The position numbers and the translations under genes were made by a program. A stretch of DNA of 61,941 bases, counting the filler, from Pirum gemmata (lineage: Eukaryota): NCBI GenBank assembly GCA_002812295.1. It is 19 parts of 19 records of this genome, joined end to end, with 100 filler letters (N's around TTAATTAATTAA, not from the genome) between each part and the next. Parts side by side here need not be neighbours in the genome. Positions count along the whole stretch, not along the records: positions 36,606 to 39,680 come from PDIN01003547.1; positions 39,781 to 42,861 come from PDIN01003548.1; positions 42,962 to 46,047 come from PDIN01003549.1; positions 46,148 to 49,216 come from PDIN01003550.1; 15 more parts are not named here. The stretch is one strand, 5' to 3'. Below, piece by piece: positions 37,195 to 49,216 of this stretch (its first letter is position 1; each line of letters opens with the position of its first letter). The notes beneath the pieces were generated by a model. That model was not told the origin of the DNA and ran no database searches. It worked only from the letters and a program-made list of their open reading frames with translations.

Positions 37195-37398
37195 TCAAAA
37201 CCATTTTGTAGACGGGGGTCTAGCTAGTTCCCATCTACAAAAAGAACTATCATATTGATATCATAGTCTATCGATACAAAAAGGCATGCAGCTACTACTA
37301 CTACTAGCTAGATCAGAAAACTCAACTATCACTAATATGATCAGATAGGACCCCACATGATATAATATTCTTTTTTTTTAATTAAAAAAATATAGACC

Positions 37399-37582
37399 TA
37401 GTGCTTTTCAGTTGTTTTGTCATTATAAAATATGCAATAAATAATACCAAATTAATACAATACGAACCATTTAATTTAATTTGTTGTCTTTTATTATCTA
37501 TTTATTTATTTAAAAGTGTCTATTTAAATAATATAACCCTCCAAATAAGTATTCGGATTGACAAAATAAATGAAAAGCACGA
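37399..37582 (-). mobile_element. MITE family B, full length
   Basis: TAGTGCTTTTCAG..ATGAAAAGCACGA. Confidence 0.87.
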
Positions 37583-38455
37583 ACGATACTTTCTTAATTT
37601 TAATTAATTAAGCTTTAAATAATAAATATATTTTAAACTCACTTACCTCACTTACTAGTACTGTATTGATTTATTATAAAACTTTATAAATGTAACGTGT
37701 GCACGTGGTATTAATAATAATAATAGTGATATATAATTATACATATTATAATTATATCAGTACCGTATACTATTTTGACTATGTTTTTGTTTTTTAACAA
37801 CTGTCAAAGCTGTAGAATTCATTTTTTTAGACTTCTAGCCAAATTATTTTTAAAACATAGCCATTGGTTCATAATAGAGTTTTCTTAGTTAGAATACTTC
37901 TCAAATTTTGGTAGCACTTTCATTTTAAACATTGGTTCATTTTGAGATTTTGGATTTTTTTTTTAAAGTTTATAATATTTTGGCGGATGTCGCCATTTTT
38001 ATCCGGCTTGGTAAGTTAAAAAAAAAATAAATAATTATCATAATATATATAATTATATTACAATATCACGTAATATAATCATGAGAGTTACATATAATTA
38101 TAATGATAATAGGTATAATAATTATATCAAATGATTCAAGATATTTTGTTATGAAAAGCACTATACGTATTTTAATATATTACAATACATAATACTAATT
38201 TATAAATTCTTATTAATTAATATGAACAATATTTATTAATAGCTTTAAAATTAAAACATTTAAAACTTAAATTTGTTTTGAGTTTATTTATTTTTTTAAT
38301 TTTTTAATATAGTATATAACTATTATATAATTAATCAAATATTATTTCTCATAGTTTTCTGATATACATCAATGCTCAATAATATAATATAATAATATTA
38401 TAATGCATATTTTTTTTTTTATTTATTTTTTTTATGATATATGAATATATTAGTA

Positions 38456-38588
38456 TCATGTTTTTCAATAGTGGTGTCCAGTTCAAAGTACCAAATTATT
38501 ATTATAGTTAAACTATCAGACATGTTTTAATTAATTTGGTAGTTTATAAAGTTAAATTGTACACTTAAAAAGTACCAAATAAAAGATA
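38456..38588 (+). mobile_element. MITE family C fragment
   Basis: TCATGTTTTTCAATAGTGGTGTCCAGTTCAA..AACTATCAGACATGTTTTAATTAATTTGG. Confidence 0.75.
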
Positions 38589-38605
38589 TTATTATTATAT
38601 AATAA

Positions 38606-38750
38606 GGGAGCGTTCAAATAATACGTCACGTCAAGGGGTAGGTAGGTAGGTGGTATTTGACCGGAAATTAACGTCGAGGGGTAGGTAGGTACGGGTATTT
38701 GAAGCTGTGTTTGACCAGAAATTGGCGTTACGTAGTATTTGAACGCTCCC
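38606..38750 (+). mobile_element. MITE family A, intact reference copy (145 bp; PIF/Harbinger/Tourist-like)
   Basis: Perfect 15-bp TIR GGGAGCGTTCAAATA/TATTTGAACGCTCCC, TAA on both sides, internal (GGTA)n. Confidence 0.93.
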
Positions 38751-39132
38751 TAATATACTTATAACATAATTATATAAATGAGCATCACAAAGAATAATGG
38801 ATGCGAGTTGCACGATTTAATTAATGAATTTAGAGACGGAGTGAGGCTCAGGCCCGTGAGGGTGATGCTACGAAAGAATCCTATGATAATTTTTTCATTT
38901 TGGCTTTTTTTACACACATTTTTTTATTTTTTCAGAGTCTATATCTAATCTTTTTTGATTACTCAATCAGAATATTAGTAAATATAATAATTGTATATAT
39001 ATTATGATAAATCAGATATTATTATTCATATAATCTAAATAATATTAATATGCATGCACTATTAAAAAGATAAAAAGAAATGTTATTACTCTCAAATTCT
39101 CAATTGGTATTATTACGTGTATCGATATCATA

Positions 39133-39306
39133 TTGTGCTTTTCATTTATTTTGTCACTCCAAATATTTATTTGGTTGTTTATAATATTTAAATTGATACT
39201 TTTAACTAAATAAATATATAATAAAATATACCAAATTAAATGAAATGGATTTATTTGGTACTATTTATTGTATATTTTATGATGACAAAACAACTGAAAA
39301 TCACGA
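39133..39306 (+). mobile_element. MITE family B reference copy (TA-flanked, Tc1/mariner-like)
   Basis: Imperfect TIR of about 22 bp GTGCTTTTCA(T/G)TT(A/G)TTTTGTCA; TA at both flanks. Confidence 0.85.
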
Positions 39307-39972
39307 TACTACATACATTATATAGATGGTAGTAGTAATTTAAATATATTCCTTCATTGTCTTCTTTTTTGAAAGTCAAAACTTTACCAGCAATCTTATA
39401 ATTAATATTCTATGATATAGCTAGTAATTTATGAAAGGTTGAAATATAACCCTATCTATTATTATTATATGAATATTATGAATATTATGGATGAGTATTA
39501 TATGGATGTATGATAAAGAAGAGTTAATTCGACTGTTTATATAAGACTTAAATTTAATGAATTTGACTCCTAATGACAATCAAAATATATAAGTAAAATA
39601 GCTAAAACCCAGTTAGAAGTATTAAAAATTATAGGATGGTTACTGAAGAATAAAATGGCATATATATTATAATATATTATNNNNNNNNNNNNNNNNNNNN
39701 NNNNNNNNNNNNNNNNNNNNNNNNTTAATTAATTAANNNNNNNNNNNNNNNNNNNNNNNNNNNNNNNNNNNNNNNNNNNNAATAATAATAATAATAATAA
39801 ACATTAGACCATAAAAATAGACAAAAAAAAGAACAAGGCTGAAAGTAGATGCAAATTGTAGCAAACCACCACCAATAACAAAGCATACAAAAATGACTTC
39901 TCAATAAAGGAAAAAAAGTAAAAGATTGAGTATGAGTTATGAGTTAAGGTAACAACAATAACAGCTTGTAAC

Positions 39973-40092
39973 CTGTAAGCCTTTGTCCTTTTCTCCTCTT
40001 TTATCTTGTTCAAAGGTTCGTAAAGTATGTGTGAACCCTCGAAAAATGAGGTACTCCCGCACAACATCATCAGCATCTGCTATTGTTTCCAT
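39973..40092 (-). CDS. WDR91: WDR91 exon 1 (not in ORF track)
   Basis: METIADADDVVREYLIFRGFTHTLRTFEQDKRGEKDKGLQ followed by a GT donor at 39972; matches the conserved WDR91 N-terminus D.LVREYL.FRGFT.TL..........K.KG. Confidence 0.85.
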
Positions 40093-40776
40093 AATATTTC
40101 CTCTACGTAAAAATCAGGTTATCGAATTTTTTTATTTCATTTTCATTTTGCTATTGCTTTTGTATTATGTCTGCTGACTTCAGGGCTTTCTTCTTGTTTT
40201 TTTGGTGACTATTTTGTGATAAGTGATAGTTACCTAAGAAAGAAATCACTTTTATTCCAAAAACAATGTTTGATTGTAGTTTCTAGTTGTAGTTTTCCAA
40301 AACACAAGATTTATTTTATTTATTACGTGTTTGTACCTTTGTACTCACCATGCTCAAAATGTTGTTTTCGATTTTTATCGTTTTCGATTTTTTATCATAA
40401 AGGGATTTATCAACATTTATATATCTAGTAGCTACGATAGGAAAAAAAAAAAAAATTTATCCAAGGACTCCAAGAAAAAACTTCCCCTTTTTTCTTGGAG
40501 CCCTTTGACAAGCTCTCTGTTCTAGCTAGTCTAGACCTACTACTAGCTAGTAGCTGGCTAGCCTTTGTTCGACTAGACCCTGGTCTATTTTTTTTTTTTA
40601 AATCATATGATATGATATGATAATAATATGATAATAATTATGATAATAATAATGATAATATATCGTCTAAGGATATTATATCGTAGACCCAGGGGTCTAT
40701 CAGAGGGGTCTATCATGATACTTTGATATGGTCTAGACCCTACCGGTAGATCTACGATAGTATACCGGTATATATA

Positions 40777-40949
40777 TTGTGCTTTTCATTTATTTCGTCA
40801 CTCTAAATATTTATTTGGTTGGTTATAATATTTAAGTTGACATTTTTAAATGAATAAATAGATAATACAATATACAAAATTAAATGAAATGGATTTATAT
40901 AGTATTAATTTGGTACTCTTTATTGTATATTTTATGATGACAAAACAAC
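40777..40949 (+). mobile_element. MITE family B
   Basis: Aligns to 39133-39306, 3' end clipped. Confidence 0.83.
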
Positions 40950-41301
40950 AGTAGATATATTATTTCTAAAAAACGTTGATATTTCTAAAAAAACGAACCT
41001 TATATTGGTTTTATTTTCGTTTTTTTATGTCTTCATAAAAATAATATCTACGATAGTATATTATATAATTATTATAAATTATATCGATATTTTAATATTA
41101 ATATTAATATCATATATGATAATGGTAATGATAATTAATGATAATGATAATGTTATTAATATGATAATGATAATGATAATTAATGATAATGATAATGATA
41201 ATGATATTAATAATGATTATGATAATAATAATAATAATGATAATATTATAATAATGATAATAATAATGATAATATGCATATGATAATGATAATGGTAATA
41301 T

Positions 41302-41333
<32 letters not shown>

Positions 41334-41650
41334 GATATAATGATAATGATAATGATAATGATAATGATAATGATAATGATAATGATAATGATAGTGAGAC
41401 TTCACAATCCTCTCAAATAACTTGAAATAAGACAAGGAGTTCAAGTCTCACACTATCTATAATAGAATTCTCATCACATAGGTCTCCACGGTATATCAGA
41501 TATCGATATTAATTAATAGCTACTAGCTAGTACTTAGCTAGTCTGCTACTATCTTACTAGCTATCGATATCAATAGTAGCTAGTTGGAGTAGCTATCGAT
41601 ACTGTCATCATAGTACTTCAGTATCCGGTATCGATAGTACTACTAGACTA

Positions 41651-41755
41651 TCGTGTTTTTCAATAGTGTTGTCGAGTTCAAAAACTGAAATAAACGTAGT
41701 TCAATTATACACTTAAACAGTACCAAATCAAAGAACGTTAACTGTATGGAAACGA
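41651..41755 (+). mobile_element. MITE family C, internally deleted, TA-flanked
   Basis: TA|TCGTGTTTTTCAATAGTGTTGTC..ACTGTATGGAAACGA|TA. Other pieces at about 29085-29266, 51575-51710 and 59667-59798. Confidence 0.75.
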
Positions 41756-42039
41756 TAGTAGCCAGGTAGAGGTGAGGTCTACACTGTCCGACCCTACAAG
41801 TTGGGGTAATTATGATGTATCATATACTACCGATATCATATCAGTAGCTAGTCTATTCTAGCTAGCTATAATACCTACAGCTAGCCAGAAACCACTAAAC
41901 TCGCTGGAGAGACAGGATTAGTTACGGTTAGGTTTTAATCAAATATTCCTTAAGCTTACAGATGCGCTAGTTACAGGTGTGGTCTATCAATATTAAATAT
42001 CCTCATGAAGCTTCGTATATAAATAAATATTATCAATAA

Positions 42040-42861
42040 TAAATAAGCATTCGTTTTATTTACACAGTACATCTATATAATATTTTATTATAAGAAAATA
42101 AGGAAGCTAGGGAGAAGTAAGAGTTGGAAATATAATAATTTAATTAATTAAGTTCCTTTATTTTTATTCAATAATTTCAGAGAACTAAACTTATAGGTAG
42201 ATCATGAATTTAGTTTCTTAGATTTACACATTTCTAATACCAGGTTATATTTTATACTTTGTATAATAACCTGTAAGCAAAAAATCAGACATTTATGTAA
42301 TGTTTCAACTTTGTATATGCTTATCATAATACGAAATAAACAAATTTAATATTTTTTGGAAAAACTTCGGAAATCCGTGACCATCAACAGAGGCCTAACA
42401 AAATCTTTCACGTTACTTACGGCTTGAGAAATGGAGTACTTCAAGAGTTGTAACTCAATTCTTGCACTTAGTAGACAGCGTTTAATAAAACGAAACCATT
42501 TGACGAACTGATAAAAAAAAAAAAATAGAAATCCGATACCATGTTCTCTGAATAATAAGCAATACTGATTTTTGTGCCACTATTCAACATTTTTATTGCA
42601 TGTACACTACCATTCCTTGAAAGCAGCCTTGTAGTGAAAACCCTCAAATGTAATTTTACATATCCAGCCCTGTTCTTAATACTCAACAATAAAGAAGATG
42701 TACTTCGTAGGTACCATATAATTCTTTTATATTAATCAGATAAACGGGAAACAACAATATACTAATTTTCGTTATCCATTCCATATATAGGAGCACATCC
42801 AGTACAAATGAAAATTTCAGTTTGTCATTCTTCCTAGCAAGTCTGACAAGAGAAAAATAAT
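42040..42861 (+). pseudogene. Decayed Penelope-like reverse transcriptase fragment
   Basis: Ordered remnants HEFSFLDLHIS (about 42203), NFTYPALF (about 42652) and SIPYIG (about 42775) resemble the PLE FLD, NGYP and LPY.G motifs; many stops and frameshifts. Confidence 0.4.
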
Positions 42862-42992
42862 NNNNNNNNNNNNNNNNNNNNNNNNNNNNNNNNNNNNNNN
42901 NNNNNTTAATTAATTAANNNNNNNNNNNNNNNNNNNNNNNNNNNNNNNNNNNNNNNNNNNNAAATAAAAAAAAAAAAATTAGAAAAAAAAAA

Positions 42993-43059
<67 letters not shown>

Positions 43060-43364
43060 TACAATAATTGCATAATATTACAAATAATAATAATAATAAT
43101 AATAAAAATAGTTACAAATAATTCATTATAATAATAGGAAAAATAAAAATTCTAATAGTAATAACAATGGTATATATAGAGGCAATACAGCATGGACATT
43201 AAAAAAAAAATAAAAATAAAAATAGTAATAATAATAAAACAATTTTTACTATAATATAAATTATAATATTTACATATAATAACAATAAAACTATTAAAAT
43301 AAAAACAATAATATTAAAAAAATAATAATAACAAAAACACCAATTAATAATAATAATAATAATA

Positions 43365-45452
43365 ATGATTTCAATAAAAGTATTCATAACTACAACAGCG
43401 TTGTTGTTATCAACCACTATTACGTCTAATACTTGTACAGCAGCACCCAGTTCCAGTACAGCCACCTCATCTGATTACGAATTGCCTTTAAAGACATTAG
43501 TAATTAGTGAAAGTGATATCGCATTTGCTTTCCCTGAATTAGTTGCTTTATCTTTTGGTGGTAATTATGAAATAATAAGTTTTTCAAAACAAACTGAAAA
43601 TGATATAAAACTTTATAACAGTGATAACACACCAAAGTATAATTCCATTATCCTAACACATTCTAACCTTGGCTCTAAGGTCAGTGTAACAAAATGGCAA
43701 GAAATTTACGATTATCAAAATAAATTTAAAGTTCGTTCAGTTTTTTTGTATTCCTCTCCTGCTATTGATAGAGATAATTTAGTAGCCGCTGCTGGATTTG
43801 AAAACGGGTCTAGCGATAACGCAGTGCTTTCCTTTATACCAAATAATGCTGACGTTGAGGCCATTCGCTCCAACGTCAAATCCACAGCCACTTTCTCAAT
43901 AGGCCAAGTGAATGAATTTGTTAAAACCAATTATTACTATTACCCTACTTATCTGAAAGCTAATCCCAGCTCTAATATTAAATACCAACCATTAATGTAT
44001 TTAAACCGCTTGAATAGCAACACTGACAATTGGATGGCCGCATTTACTAGACAATTAGAGGGTAGAGAAGAATTACATTTTTTGATTAATACAGATCAAT
44101 ATGGACATCATGGCTTTGTGTTAGCGGATATGTGGTTTCCATGGATTAATCGGGGAATATTTTTAGGGCAAAGACGTTTGTACCTTGATACCCAAATTGA
44201 CGACGTCTTTTTGAGTACAGCACATTATAACGTCGAAGCTAATCGACCAGCTGAAGCCGGAGAGCCAGCATACAGACAAAGTGCTGAAGATATCGAGCAA
44301 TTAGTAAAATATCAAAACAACCTTAATCAAAATATTTTGCCTGCTGGATCAAGCTACACTGTACAAATGGGTTACAATGCCGATGGGTGGTTTGAATTTG
44401 AAAATGTCGAGAATTCAATGAATCCGGCTGTAATTACTCATCGTGATGAATTTATGTGGATGTCTCATACTTATTCACACTTTGATTTGTATTGTCCTTA
44501 CAGTGATTGTGATACCAATGGTTTTACTTCTTACAATCAAACTTATACCGAACTTAACAAAAACATTCAATTTAACGAAAAAGTTTTTTACGCTGATTTA
44601 TCTATTGATCAAATTAATTCTGAAGGATCGTCATACAATCATCTATCCCTAATCACACCACGTATTTCCGGATTGAATTTATCCACTAGTGTTGAGGCTA
44701 TGCTTGATAACGGAATTACTACTGCCGTAGGTGACAACTCGCGTCCAGAACTAAGACCAAAAAATCCCTTTCACACTCTGCCAAGTGTACCTGATCGAAA
44801 AGGTAGAACTGTCGCCATCATTCCACGTTTCCCTACAAGTATATATTTTGATGTCACCAACCCTGAGCAAGCGGCAGCAGAATATAATTCCTTTTATGGA
44901 CCGAAATGTATTGGTTATGATATGGCTGTACCAATTACTTACCCTTTCAAATGTAACACTACTTCTTTCAAATATACTCGCGATTTGACCTTTGAGGAAA
45001 TTATCATGCAATACGGTTTTACTGACGTGAGAAGCTTACTTAATTATCGTCATGATCCTTTTATGTTTCATCAAGGTAATTTGAGATTTTACGAAGACAA
45101 AGGTAAAACCACTTGCTTAATGTGCACTTGGACGGAGGCCGTTTTAGGATATATTACTCAATACTCGGAGATGCCGGTGAATACTTTAAAAATGGATACG
45201 TTATTGACTGAATACGAAAAGAGAATGAGTCGTGAAAATTGTGGCATTGAAGCTGTAGTACACTACGTCAATGGACAACCTCAAGCCATTCGTGCTAAAG
45301 CAACTAAAGCTGCCAACTGTGTGGCCAAAGTTACCACCACCAAAACCAGTGGATTCGACAGAGTAATTACTGCTAACAGTGAAAAATATGGTCCCGACAA
45401 TACTATTGATCTGTCATTACAAAATGGTCAATATACCTCAATTGGTTTTTAA
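43365..45452 (+). CDS. Secreted Agd3-like (CE18) polysaccharide deacetylase
   Basis: Signal peptide; GQRRLYLDTQIDDVFLST, WMSHTYSHFDL, PRISGL, GDNSRPEL, PRFPTSIYF and DPFMFHQGNL follow the Agd3 motif order; intronless, 695 aa. Confidence 0.82.
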   Translation: MISIKVFITTTALLLSTTITSNTCTAAPSSSTATSSDYELPLKTLVISESDIAFAFPELVALSFGGNYEIISFSKQTENDIKLYNSDNTPKYNSIILTHSNLGSKVSVTKWQEIYDYQNKFKVRSVFLYSSPAIDRDNLVAAAGFENGSSDNAVLSFIPNNADVEAIRSNVKSTATFSIGQVNEFVKTNYYYYPTYLKANPSSNIKYQPLMYLNRLNSNTDNWMAAFTRQLEGREELHFLINTDQYGHHGFVLADMWFPWINRGIFLGQRRLYLDTQIDDVFLSTAHYNVEANRPAEAGEPAYRQSAEDIEQLVKYQNNLNQNILPAGSSYTVQMGYNADGWFEFENVENSMNPAVITHRDEFMWMSHTYSHFDLYCPYSDCDTNGFTSYNQTYTELNKNIQFNEKVFYADLSIDQINSEGSSYNHLSLITPRISGLNLSTSVEAMLDNGITTAVGDNSRPELRPKNPFHTLPSVPDRKGRTVAIIPRFPTSIYFDVTNPEQAAAEYNSFYGPKCIGYDMAVPITYPFKCNTTSFKYTRDLTFEEIIMQYGFTDVRSLLNYRHDPFMFHQGNLRFYEDKGKTTCLMCTWTEAVLGYITQYSEMPVNTLKMDTLLTEYEKRMSRENCGIEAVVHYVNGQPQAIRAKATKAANCVAKVTTTKTSGFDRVITANSEKYGPDNTIDLSLQNGQYTSIGF

Positions 45453-45465
45453 TTAATAATTTTTT

Positions 45466-45511
<46 letters not shown>

Positions 45512-45607
45512 TGATCCCGACAATACTATTGATCTGTCATTACAAAATGGTCAATATGAATCAGATTCTATTGATTTTTAATACTTAAAAATTTTTTTTT
45601 TTTAAAT

Positions 45608-45649
<42 letters not shown>

Positions 45650-46401
45650 AATAATAACAATAATAATAAATAATAAAGTTTTCTTTCGTCATAGTTATTG
45701 GTGATAAACAATTAATTTACCAATAAATTTGCTTTTTTTAATTAAAATTATTAATTGATGTATTATTTTATTATGTTGATGAATAAAAAGTAAAATTCAA
45801 TTCATGATCAGTTATATATTATATATAGAACCAGATTTGGGTCTTTCGTTTATCATATATAATATATAGCGTTAAAACTCTATATTTTGTGGGCTTTTCG
45901 GCAATTTTGTGATTATAGACTACATAAAAATTATATAAAATTTATAATCAACATAATTTATAATATTATTGTGCCTTTCTTTTATTTTGTCACTCTGAAT
46001 ATTTATTTGGAGGGTTATAATCTTTAAATTGACATTTTTAAACCAATNNNNNNNNNNNNNNNNNNNNNNNNNNNNNNNNNNNNNNNNNNNNTTAATTAAT
46101 TAANNNNNNNNNNNNNNNNNNNNNNNNNNNNNNNNNNNNNNNNNNNNATTACCTTTACTTTTTGTGTCAATGTTAGTGTTAGTGTTAGTATTAATATACA
46201 TATATACATATAATATATATACATATATTAGTATTAGTATTAGTATTAGTATTAGTATTAGTATTAATATTAATATTAATATTAATATTAGTGTTCGTGT
46301 CAATGTTAGTATTACCTTTACTTTTTGTGTCAATGTTAGTGTTAGTGTTAGTGTTAATATACATATATACACATAATATATATACATATATATAATATAA
46401 G

Positions 46402-46717
46402 GCCAGGATGGTTATACTCAAAAGGCTTGCGATGATTCAATCGATACAGTTAACCATGATAGTGTTAGTGATTATAATAGTTTGCTTGATAATTCCATTT
46501 TTGAACACGGCGAGAACTGTCACGAAAAAACAAATGCAAATGCAAGTATAAACGGAAACGAAAATGAAAACGAAAATGAAAATGAAAACGAAAATGAAAA
46601 TAATAATAATAATAATAGTAATAATAATAATAATAATAATAATGTAAACGAAAACAAAACCGAAAACGAAAATGTAAACACAACCGAAAATGTAAGCACA
46701 AACGAAAATGTAAGCAC

Positions 46718-46762
<45 letters not shown>

Positions 46763-49216
46763 TGAAAATGAAAATGAAAACGAAAACGAAAACGAAAACG
46801 AACACGAAAACGAAAACGAAAACGAAAGCGAAAACAAAAACGAAAACGAAAAAGAAAAAGAACTAAAAAATGACAAAGAATTACCGGAAACGGAACAAAT
46901 GAGTGATGGTGAGGGTCTTATTACTAGCGAAACGGAAAATGAAAATCAAACAAATTATGTGGAAGAATTAGATAACGAACCCCATTTCGACAATAAGGGT
47001 AAAGAAAAAGACAACTCAAATCAATGCGACAGCGAAAGTAAATACTGTGACGGCGTTGAGGACGGAACTATTGCAAGTAATATTAGAGAGAATGAAACCA
47101 CAATGAACGAAATAATAAACACTCACCAAAAGGTGTCTGATAGTAGTCATATAAGTGAAGAAATAAACGAAGAAGTAAATCCAAGTGACAGCAAAATCGA
47201 AATTGAAACCGCCGATATGCAGTTTAATGTAACACAAAATGAAAATAACGATTGGACGAAAAATTCTAGTGGTAGTAACTGTGATAGTATTTACAAAATG
47301 TGTACCGACGAAATCGAAAGTGAAATTAAAACCAACAACGAAAAAAGGGAAATCGAAGTGGAAATCGTAAAAGAGAATGCAAATAAATTGAAAGAACCGA
47401 ATGAAGATATTAGTACATGCAGTGATGAGTCTGTAAAGGAAAATGAAAATGAAATTAAAAGCGAAGTAGTAGACGGGTCGGTTAATGAATATCAAACACC
47501 AGACCGAAACGCAAATACAAGCGAAAATGACAAAAACCTAAGTGAACGAAAAGTAGATAATACAATCAAAAACCAAACTGTTAACAATAAAGAGTATAAC
47601 CAGAACATAATCGAATCGGAAATCGGAAATAACGCGAAGAAGGAACATTCTGAAATTTTACTCTGCACTCAAGTGTTATCAAAACCTGAAGTAAACGAAC
47701 TAGATAAAGACCAAACACGAAACCTAATCGAACCCATACCAGAAACTGAAACAAACGCTAATGATAGATCCATCTCCGAATCCAAAAACGAAATGGTTGA
47801 AATACCTTCAAATTTTGGAACAAGCTGTTTAATGGAAGGTAGCACTGTTTTGAGTTTAGAGAGTCATAGCAGTTTTTGCAGTGATATTATTGCTGTTACG
47901 AGCGAAAGCGAAAGCGAATGTGAAAGCGAAAATAAAGAAGATAATGCTTTCGATAAAAATGAATCTGCACCAAAAAGTACTGTTACTGCTACACCAAGAG
48001 TTAGTGATAGTGACAAGCAATACAAACATAGTAGTAGCAGTACGGCTGGCTATCAGACCGAATCAACATTGAACATTGGTGAATCAAGTGTTCAAGAAAA
48101 GCAAAACGGAGAAACCTTTGAACAGGTGATGAAAAGAACGCCCAAATCTTTAAGGAAGTGCCAAGAAAAAGTATTCCATAGAATAATGACAGAAAGACAA
48201 TGGTCAATAAATGTGAACGAGGAAAATGGTGATGACGGTGATGACGTTGGTGATGACGTTTTTCTTGATGTACAGGAATCAAAACGTGACAATAAGAGTG
48301 GAATAATTGAAAAAAATGAAATTATGCCCACTCACCCCGAGGAGCAAGACTTTGAATTTTTTAATGAAAGTGCAGAGAATGATAAAAGACAAGAGAGTGA
48401 AGCGTCATTCAAATCAGCACACTCGTCAATGCAACATGAGTTACACAATAAGGATTGGTCGGATTCTCTATCCCTACCAAGTAAAAATAATACCATTGTA
48501 ATTACAAATAATATTGTAAATCGCTCTACTAATTGGAGTATGAGTGGGATCGAAAATAGTGATGAAGATGAGGATAATAATGATAAAAACAATAACGATT
48601 CTTACACAAACCCACCACACTCTACTCCATTTGCTACAGGGCAGTCAGTTCGGAAATTTTCTGATCTGATTTCCGATTTTAGTGATGGCTCAATAAGCAA
48701 CAAAAATAATGACACACAACCTCATGAAGATAACGCTACCGGAGTTCATAGTATTGTCCACAGTACAGAGGTGAAATTAAAACTAGACAATTGCAAAGCC
48801 AATAATGGCAAAAATGTCCCTACTTTGAACGATAAAGACAATAGGAATGAAGAAATAGACACCAGTAATACATTTGATGTTGTTGTTACGGGCAATTTGA
48901 GCAATGCCATCGATGAAGATAAAGATGTTAGGGAAGATTCAGGAAAAAATAATGATATAGACGATGCTTGTACCATTAAATGTACTGCAGATCACTACGA
49001 CGATAGTAATAATAATGATGATGGTGATAATGATAGTGATAAGCATAATGTTAATGTTAATGTTAATGTTAATGTTAATGACAATGATAATGATAATGAT
49101 AATGATAATGATCATCGTGATATTATGGTTGATATTACCAGGAAAATTGATGATAGAGATCATATTAATGATAATAATAGCACTAACGATAATAATAATA
49201 ATAATAATAATAATAA
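46402..49216 (+). CDS. Large exon encoding an acidic, low-complexity (E/N/D/S-rich) disordered region; incomplete
   Basis: Open frame of more than 2.8 kb from a probable acceptor TAAG at 46401 to the scaffold end; no domain recognised. Confidence 0.7.

Noticed and set aside
3247..45452. GDP-sugar transporter plus Agd3-like deacetylase as a polysaccharide gene cluster
   Set aside because: They are on different, unlinked scaffolds.
43715..48976. Short antisense or alternative-frame ORFs inside the Agd3-like and acidic genes
   Set aside because: Shadow ORFs of the long coding frames, with no recognisable motifs.
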